Positions 24,091 through 32,000 of a stretch of DNA of 32,000 nucleotides are shown piece by piece (the first letter of the stretch is position 1; each line of letters starts with the position of its first letter). A model generated the notes under the pieces. That model ran no database searches, was not told the origin of the DNA, and saw only the letters and a program-made list of their open reading frames with translations. This DNA is from Mycoplasma mycoides subsp. capri (lineage in GTDB: Bacteria > Bacillota_I > Bacilli_A > Mycoplasmatales > Mycoplasmataceae). Location of the stretch: NCBI RefSeq assembly GCF_018389705.1, contig NZ_CP065581.1:990001-1022000 (forward strand). The letters run 5' to 3'. The position numbers and the translations under genes were made by a program.

Positions 24091-24591
24091 ATGAAATCTA
24101 AAAATAAAAATAAAGCATTAATTATTGTAGATTATCAATATGATTTTTGTGATCCTAATGGTAGTTTATATGTAAAAAATGCTTATACATTAAAACCTAA
24201 AATTGAAAAATTGGCAAAAGAATTAAAGTCTCAAGGTTGAACAATTATTGCAACTAAAGATTTTCATCCAATTGATCATTGTTCTTTTAAAATTTGAAAT
24301 AAACATTGTGTACAAAATACTAAAGGTAGTGAACTTTATTTTGATTATAGTGATGTTGATTTAATTATTGAAAAAGGCGTTAATAAAGATATTGAAAGCT
24401 ATAGTGGCTTTTTTGATGATGCTAATAACTCAAATGGATTAGATGAATATTTAAAATCAAAAAACATAGACACTTTAAAAATAGTTGGTGTTGCTACTGA
24501 AATTTGTGTAAAAGCTAATTATGATGACGCTATTAAATTAGGTTATGATGTTGAGGTTGATTTAGAATATTGCAAAGGTTTTACTGACTAG
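24091..24591 (+). CDS. pncA: Isochorismatase-family hydrolase, probable nicotinamidase
   Basis: Manual translation MKSKNKNKALIIVDYQYDFCDPNGSLYVKNA...IIATKDFHPIDHCSFKIWNKHCVQNTKGSEL...LKIVGVATEICVKANYDDAIKLGYDVEVDLEYCKGFTD. Nicotinamidase D/K/C motifs. 166 aa. Confidence 0.88.
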
Positions 24592-24780
24592 AATTATATT
24601 GTTTTATCTTTTAATTAATTGATCAATTTTAATGTTTTGCTATGAAATCAAAAATAAATCAAATTTTTTATAGCCTAATTTTTTAATTTTTCTGATATTT
24701 TTATGATTTATAATCTCATTTTATATAATAAAAACGGAAAAAATTTATCTATTTTATAACACAAACTCTAGGAGAGAATA

Positions 24781-26109
24781 ATGAAAAATAAACATATCAG
24801 ACTACTAGCAAAACTTGGAGTTTTATTTTCTGTTGCATCACTTCCATTAGTTGTTGTTTCATGTAAAACTTCAAATTCTAATAACAATAAACCTAATAAT
24901 AATCAACAAAAACAATTAAGTAAAATTGATATTTCAAGTTTTAAAGGTAAAATTGAACCAAAAAATGAGTGAAATAAAGAAAATGTTTTACAAGCATTAC
25001 TAAAAATAAATGGACTAGATAAATTAACTGAAAATGATTTTGAATTTAGTATTAAGAAAGCTAATTTATTACATAATGGAAAACTAGTAATTAAATCTAA
25101 AGACGATTCTAAAATTATAAAAGGTGAACTAAGTTTAGAAATTAAAAAACTAGATAAAGTTAAAAAGGTTGAAACAAAATATAATGATAATAAAACTGAA
25201 GTTTTAGAAATTGGTTATGATGAAAATGGAAAAATTTCTAGGTTTGCTGAAACTGTTAAAAAAGTTCCTGAAAAACTACCAGAAGAAATTATTAATTTAG
25301 ATGATGCTTTTAGAAAAAATCAATCTAATACAATTGAGAATCTTGATAAATGAGACACATCTAATATAGTAAGTATGTCAGCAATGTTTCAAAATGCTAA
25401 GAATTTTAGTCAAGATTTATCAAATTGAAATACAGAAAGTGTAACTGATATGAGTTATATGTTTAATGGTGCAAATAAATTCAATGGTAATTTATCAAAT
25501 TGAAATACAAAAAATGTAAAAAATATGTGAAGTTTATTTGAAGATACTAAAGAATTTGACCAAGATATTTCTAACTGAGATGTAAGTAATGTTGAAAACA
25601 TGAAAAGTATGTTTAAGAACGCATCAAAATTTAATAAGTCACTTTCAAATTGAAATCTAAAGAGTATAAAAACACTAGATTCTATGTTTTTTGGTGCTTC
25701 TGAATTTAATAGCGATATCTTCAAACTAGAAAATAATCTAGTAACTGATATGAGTTATATGTTTTATCAAGCTAAAAAATTTAATAAGTCTTTAGATTGA
25801 GATATATCAAAAGTAACTAATATGAATAGTATGTTCAATAACGCTCATAGTTTTAATCAAAATATAACTAATTGAAATGTTTCAAATGTTAAAACTATGA
25901 AAAGTATGTTTAGTGATGCACATTCATTTAGTCAAGATATAAAAGATTGAAAAGTTGATAAAGTAACTGATATGGAGCGTATGTTTCAAAATGCAAGAAG
26001 CTTTAATAGAAATATTTCGAATTGAAACGTAAAAAGCGTAAAAACATATGATCACTTTAGTATACACTTAAAAAATGAATATAAACCTCAATTTGGAAAA
26101 AATAAATAA
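24781..26109 (+). CDS. Surface lipoprotein with BspA-like/DUF285 (PARCEL-type) repeats
   Basis: RBS aggagag. Signal peptide and lipobox 'LGVLFSVASLPLVVVSCKTS'. Repeats of the form 'NWDVSNVENMKSMFKNASKFNKSLS'. 442 aa with TGA=Trp. Confidence 0.92.
25351..26040 (+). repeat. Approx. 70-75-bp imperfect repeat array coding DUF285 units
   Basis: Repeating peptide W(D/N)xSxVxxMxxMFxxAxxFNxxLSN seen about nine times in the translation. Confidence 0.85.
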
Positions 26110-26190
26110 TCTAATTATTAAATAATATGAAATAAATAAAACCTGTAATTTTTAAAATATAATAAAAATTTAATTATTATATATTCCATT

Positions 26191-26220
26191 AAAACTCATT
26201 TGTTCAAACAAATGAGTTTT
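26191..26220 (+). terminator. Terminator aaaactcatttgt-tcaa-acaaatgagtttt + T run
   Basis: Perfect 13-bp stem followed by ttt, downstream of the lipoprotein. Confidence 0.88.
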
Positions 26221-26316
26221 TTATTAGAATTTTTTTTATAAAGAATTAAGAGAGTAAATATTTAAATCTACTAATTATTAAATGATATTATACAAGTAGA
26301 AATTAAGTTAAAAGTT

Positions 26317-27540
26317 ATGTTAGTAGAAACAAGCAAGAAAAATAAACAAGTTATCTTTAATTTAAAAAACTCAAAGTATCATTCATCATATTTCATTTAT
26401 ATTTGTGTCGGAATTTTATTTATATTAGGATTAATAGCTTTAATATTTTCAACACCTTATAAAAACGATTTTAAACTTTCTCAATTTTTTGAAAAAATAA
26501 CAAATTATGAATTAGGTAAATGATGAGCAAGAGGAACAGAATTAATTGGAGATACCCAAGTACTTATTTATTATCTTGCATTATTTATGATAGCTATTGA
26601 GTGCTTTTTTGCTTATAAAAAACAAAATAAAAAAGTGTTCTTTATTAAGCATTACTATTTAGTAAAAATAATTTATATATTAATTTTATTTACAATTATA
26701 TCAATAGCCATTTTTCGTATTTATAAAGTTTATAACTTTGATAACGGATTTGGAAAGTATGGTGATTTGGTATTTCAAGATACTATAATCTATAGACAAA
26801 TACTAACTACACTTATTCTTGTTTATCAAGTTATTATTTTGAGTTTATTTTTTTATACAATACATTTTAAATTAGCAAAAAGATCTGATATTTTAACTAA
26901 TAAATATTTTAGTAAGTCTATTAAAATTTTAATTATAGGTCCTTTTTTACTAACTGTTATTACTTTGATAAAAGGAATGACTTCTCGTCCTTATTATTGA
27001 AATGTAATTTTTGCAGATCTACTAAATAAAATGTCTAAAACTCATCCAGAATTTGTAACTTATTATTTAAAACAAGAAAATTTTCAACTAGGTTTTTTAG
27101 CCAGTTCATCAGATTTTAAACAATACGATTTTTTAAAACTAGTTGATATTAATCAAATTAAAAATATGTATTTTTCTAATGCAAATTCAACTGATAACTG
27201 AGCTTGATATGTATCTAATGGATTTTTTAATCCATCAAAATATACTTGTCAATTTACTTATTATCAAGAATGAGCGTTTCCATCAGGACATGCTTGTCAA
27301 ACTATGGTGGTTGGTTATGCTTGATATTCGATTTTTATTGCTGATAAGAAGTTAACTACTAAAAAATTAATGTTTTGTTTTGTTTATTTATTGTTTTTAA
27401 TTTCAATGAGTTTTGCTTTAGTTACTACTAGAGGGCATTGAGTTAGTGATGTTGCTTTTTCTTATGTTTTTACAATTCCTTTAATAGTTATTGTTGAAAT
27501 AATTTATAAAAAATTAAGTATAAAATACTTTAAAATTTAA
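26317..27540 (+). CDS. PAP2-family membrane phosphatase-like protein
   Basis: 407 aa with TGA=Trp. Multispanning, with PAP2-like motifs 'LIKGMTSRPYYW', 'EWAFPSGHACQT' and 'SFALVTTRGHWVSDVAFSY'. Confidence 0.85.
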
Positions 27541-27670
27541 AATGTTTTACTGATTGATTATGAATTAAATATGTTGTTTTTTATTCTCAAATATAAACCA
27601 ATAATTATTAGCAGCAAATATTTTAAAATTTGATAAATAAAAACAAAAAGTTGTATTTATAATATTTATT

Positions 27671-28877
27671 ATGACAAATACATTACCTAAAAAAGATGCG
27701 ATCAGTACTGAGTTTAAATTAAAACAACAAAAAACATTTTCTTTTAAGCCTATATTTATTAGTCTTATTATTATTTATGTTCTAGCTGTTATTAGTTTAA
27801 TATTTTCAACACCTTATAAATATGATTTTAAACTTTCTCAATTTTTTGAAAAAGGTTTAAAATTTGAAATAGTTAAATACTGATCAATGTGATATGAAAT
27901 AGTTGGAGATACTGAAATAATTATTGTTTATTTATCTGTAGCTATGATATTAATTGAAAGTTTTTTTAGATGAAAAACTATAAATAATCAAATTAACTTT
28001 TGATCAAAAAATAAATGAATATTAAAAGCAATTTATATCATAATAATCATTAGCTGATTAATTCAAGTTATTATAAAAAACATTAAAACATTTAATCAAG
28101 ATAATGGATTTGGTAGTAGTGGTGATGCTGTTTTATTAGATAGTAATATTTATCGTAATTCAGGAAACGTATTAGTTAGTGTTATTCATACAATTTTACT
28201 AATTAGTGTATTTTATTGAATTCATTTTAAACTTGCTAGATCTAAAGATTTTTTAATTAATCAATATTGAATTGATGCTTTAAAAGTTTTAATAGTAGTA
28301 TTAGTTTCAACAAGTACAGTTATTTTAAAAGGAATGACTTCAAGACCGTTTTATTATAATGTTATTTATAATGACTTATTAGAACAAGTAAAATTAAATG
28401 GAAATAATCATTGAGTTGAACATTACTTAAATCAAGATGTTTTTAAACATGGATTTTTAGATATTAAAACTAATAAATATTATAGCTAATTCAACAACCG
28501 ATTGACCTTGATATGTATCTAATGGTTTTTTTAATCCATCAAAATATACTAATCAATTTAATTATTGACATGAATGAGCATTTCCGTCAGGTCATGTTGC
28601 TGCTAGTTTAGTATTAGGTTATGTTTTATACTTATTTATAACTAAAAACAATAAGATTACTTATAAGACACTAATTATACTAGGTATTTATTTATTACAT
28701 TTATTTTCAATGAGTTTTGCTTTAGTTGTTAATAGGGGTCATTGAGTTAGTGATATTACTTTTTCTTATGTGTTTTATATTCCTTTAATAGTTGTTATAA
28801 ATGTGTATTCTAAAAATTGAATATTAAAAATAACTGAATTTATTAATAAAAAATTAAATAGTAAAAAAGGTTGTTAA
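27671..28877 (+). pseudogene. Second PAP2-like paralog, split by one frameshift near 28484
   Basis: N-terminal 272 codons end at TAA 28487..28489 ('...DIKTNKYYS*'). The homologous continuation 'ANSTTDWPWYVSNGFFNPSKYTNQFNYWHEWAFPSGHVAAS...NRGHWVSDITFSY...KLNSKKGC' lies in another frame from ~28485 to 28877. Confidence 0.8.
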
Positions 28878-28889
28878 ACAACCTTTTTT
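28863..28889 (+). terminator. Terminator aaaaaaggttgt-taa-acaacctttttt
   Basis: Perfect 12-bp stem overlapping the stop codon, T-rich 3' arm. Confidence 0.8.
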
Positions 28890-28958
28890 AATGATTATTA
28901 AATTATTAGAATGAATAAATTTATTAATTTATATATTTTATAAACAATTAGAAAACGA

Positions 28959-31223
28959 TTATCTATTATTTTCGTTATCTACATTAAGATAATTATCATC
29001 AAAGTTATCATTGAAATTATCAATAAAACTATTTAAGGCCTCATCTAGTTCACTTATTACTTTTAATTCAGATTCAATGTGTTTAAAATGTTCTTTAAGT
29101 GAAGGTTCTAAACTATATCTAATTTTATTGGTAATATTAGGTTTTATATGAGCTAATGCTTTATTTCATTCTCCCATTGTAACAATTATTTCATTTACTA
29201 AATCAACAGACGTATTGATTTCTTTATCAATATTAATTGGTTCTTTATTTCTGATTTCATCAATGGTATCTTGCATATGTTCAACTTCTTGTTTTAGAAT
29301 AATTTTTTTGTTTAAAATATCATCTATTTCAGATAGAAGTTTTCTATTTTCTTTTTCTGTTTTTTCAATTTCTTCTTCTAAATTACTTTGTGTAATCATA
29401 TTTGCAGCGATTTGTTTTTTAATATCTTTTTTATCAGACTCATATTCTTGCAATAGTTTTTCAATTTCACCTTGAGTAGCTAGAAGAGATTCTTTATCTT
29501 TATTTAATTGTTCAATTTCTTTTTGTTTGTCCTTTATTTCTTTTTCTAGACTTTCTTTTGTTAAGCTAAATTCCATTTTATCAATTTTAGATTCTAATTC
29601 TTTTAGCTCTGATTCTTTTTTAGTTTTCTCCAAATTAAGTTCTTCTATTCTTTGTTTAGATAAAGATGCTTGTCTTTCTAAATCTTTAGTTCTTTGGCTT
29701 AAATCTTTTGTTTCACTAATTAGAGTTTTATGTTCTTGCTCTTTTGTTTTAAGTTCTTTTCTAATTTCTTTTTGTTTGTGTTCTTTTTTTCTAATTTCAA
29801 TTTCAAACACTTTAGTTTCAATTTTTAAATTTTCTTTGTAAGAATCGGTTCTATCATATTCTAATTCAAGTACATAATCTTGATCTTTTAGACTTTTTAT
29901 AGTTTTTTGTTTTTCAGCAAGTTTTTTTCTTAATCTTTCTATCTCTTTTTCAATTATATTTTTGTTTTTTTCAACTTCTTTAATCTTTTTTTCTAGTTCT
30001 TGACTAACTTTTTCTTGTTCTTGAATTTTTGAATTTAAAATACTTATTTCAGACTCTAATTGCAAACTTTCTTGCTTTTTAAAATTATTTTCATTATTAA
30101 TATTTTCAATTTTTTTCTGTTTTTCTTTTAATTCATTTTGTTTTTCTAAATTATTGTTTCTTGAAGTTTTTAATTCTGATTCTAAACTACTTACTTGTTC
30201 TTTTAATCTATTTATTGTTTGTTCATTTTTAGTTATTTCAGATTTTATTTGAGTTAATTTATCTTGTTTTTCTTTTAATTGATTTTTTAAATCTTTATTT
30301 CAATCTTCACTTTTTTGACTATTTAAATTTTCAAATTCTGATTTTAATTGTTGAAGTTGAGCTTCTAAGTTGCTTATTAATTTATTATTTTCATCAATTT
30401 CATTTTGTTTTTGTTGAAGTTCATTTTTAATTCTTTCTTGTTCTGATTTAACATTAATTAGCTGACTTTCAGCAACACTAATTTTTGCTTCAATATCACT
30501 TAGTTTACTTTTTTCTGAATCAAATTGTTTTTTTAGTATTTTACTTTCTTTTTTTAAATTATCAATTTGAGAGTTCAATAAATTGATTTTTTCGTTGTAT
30601 TTTTTGATATCTGATAATTTTTGATTTAAGATTAAGTATTTTCAATTACTTTTCTGAACTATTGATTCAAGTTTATATATTTCATCACTAAATGACTTTT
30701 TAACATTTTCTAATTCTGATTTTTCTTTATTTATTTTTTCATTTTTAGCAAATAGATCTTCTAATTCTTTTTCTTTTTTAAAAAATTCATTTAGTATAGT
30801 TTTAAGAAGCCTTTTATTTTCTTTTATTTGTTCTTCTAATTTTTTTATTTCATTTTCTTTTAACGAAATATTTTGGTTATCAAGTTTTATTTCACTATTA
30901 ATCTTTACAAGATCAGCATCCAATTTATTTAATCTATTTTTATTTGTCTTGCCTTTATCATTAAGACTATTAATATTAGCATCTAAATTATTAATTTGAT
31001 TAGTTAGTTCATTTTTTTTGTTTTCACTATCATTTAAAATTTTTTGTATATTTTTTAATTCTAGTTCTTTAGTTTTCAACTCTTTTTTTATAGATTTAAT
31101 TTGATTTAGCATATTCTGTTCTTTAGTGTTATTTGAAACAGCTATGTTTTTATACCCAACATATCCAAGACCAGTAGCTGTAATAACACTAATAACTGCT
31201 AGTAAACTTGTTAGCTTTTTCAT
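28959..31223 (-). CDS. Long coiled-coil protein with an N-terminal hydrophobic/signal-anchor segment
   Basis: Fragments 29166..30065, 30300..30578 and 30642..31223 are one frame when TGA=Trp (754 aa). N-terminus MKKLTSLLAVISVITATGLGYVGYKNIAV, then near-continuous K/E/L/I heptad-like sequence. Confidence 0.82.
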
Positions 31224-31241
31224 AAAACACCTCTATTCAGT

Positions 31242-32000
31242 TAGCTCTGATACATTACTTGAAATTGCATCATATATAATTTTTTCAAGTTTTTTGATAT
31301 TATCTTTTATTTCTTTTTTAGATTGATCTAGTTTAGAGTTTAGGTCTTTAATTTCTTTGTGATTCTTATTTATTTTTTCTTGAATTGGTGTCATCTTTTT
31401 TATATATTCGTTATAGCGAACACTTAATTCTTCAGGAACTAATCATTTTTTAACAAGTTCAGAAAATGAAGATAAATCTTCTTTAAGTTCTTGATCTTTT
31501 TTAATAATTTCTGCTAGACTTTCTTTAGTAGTTTTAAAACCAAATCTAATTTGTTGTATATATTCAATTATTTTGTTTGAAGCGTTTTCTATATTAGCTT
31601 TTATTGTTGAAAGTCTTTCATGTTCTTTTTCAGCTAGATTTAAATCTCTATTTAATTGTGAAATTTTAGTTTCATACATTTCTACTTCTTTAATTAGATC
31701 CAGTATCTCATCAGCTTTTTTATCTATTTCTTCTTGTTTTTCAGTATTAGCTCTTTCTATATTTTCGTTAGTATGTTTTAGTTCTTCTATTGTTTTGTTT
31801 AAACTATCAACAACTTCTTTAACTCTTTTTAAATCATCTTTATCGTTTAACAATTCATCTTTTTTACTTGAAATTCTATTATTTATTTCTTTAATTTCAT
31901 TAGATAATTGCTTTTGTTTTTCTATAAATTCATTTTGTTCTTTAGTTAAATTAGATATTTTATTTTCTAATTCTGATTTTTGTGTTTTTAACATTAACAA
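31242..32000 (-). CDS. Second coiled-coil protein, N-terminus beyond the window
   Basis: Open reading frame to the right edge, heptad-like 'KTQKSELENKISNLTKEQNEFIEKQKQLSNEIKEINNRISSKK...', ending '...KKLEKIIYDAISVMYQS*' at 31242. Confidence 0.72.

Noticed and set aside
25455-25724. Minus-strand ORF within the lipoprotein gene
   Set aside because: Antisense shadow of the DUF285 repeat coding region. The + strand has the RBS, lipobox and repeat periodicity.
29215-29841. Two + strand ORFs (MISLSILIGSLF..., MSFISFSRLS...) within the coiled-coil gene
   Set aside because: They are antisense to a long, compositionally coherent coiled-coil frame. The Ser/Leu/Phe-rich products are what the complement of GAA/AAA-rich codons gives.

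Overview
AT-rich mollicute window from the Mycoplasma mycoides/capricolum type. UGA is read as Trp, so the supplied ORF track cuts most genes at in-frame TGA codons; I rejoined the pieces by frame arithmetic. Most genes are on the minus strand. From left to right: ABC-2-like permease (cut by the edge), YfcC-like transporter, YgjP-like metallopeptidase, ychF, DUF951, rsmG, pgsA, two 512-aa APC-type permeases flanking a small membrane protein, an MgtA-type P-ATPase, a predicted membrane-anchored protein with a C-terminal HU/IHF-like domain, an MFS transporter, a hypothetical protein, asnA, a degraded DUF3800-like gene (+), a compact structured RNA candidate with a strong terminator (+), mnmG, a dicarboxylate/glutamate symporter, a NADH oxidase/CoA-disulfide-reductase-like flavoprotein, and a nicotinamidase-like gene (+). 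Next come a BspA/DUF285 (PARCEL-type) repeat lipoprotein (+), two tandem PAP2-like membrane phosphatase paralogs (+, the second frameshifted), and two tandem coiled-coil proteins (-, one cut by the right edge). The most interesting items are the membrane-tethered HU-like protein, the structured RNA at ~18.69-18.87 kb (possibly the U6-like MCS4 RNA of M. capricolum), and the accessory surface/coiled-coil block after 24.7 kb. I see no CRISPR array, IS element, rRNA or tRNA.
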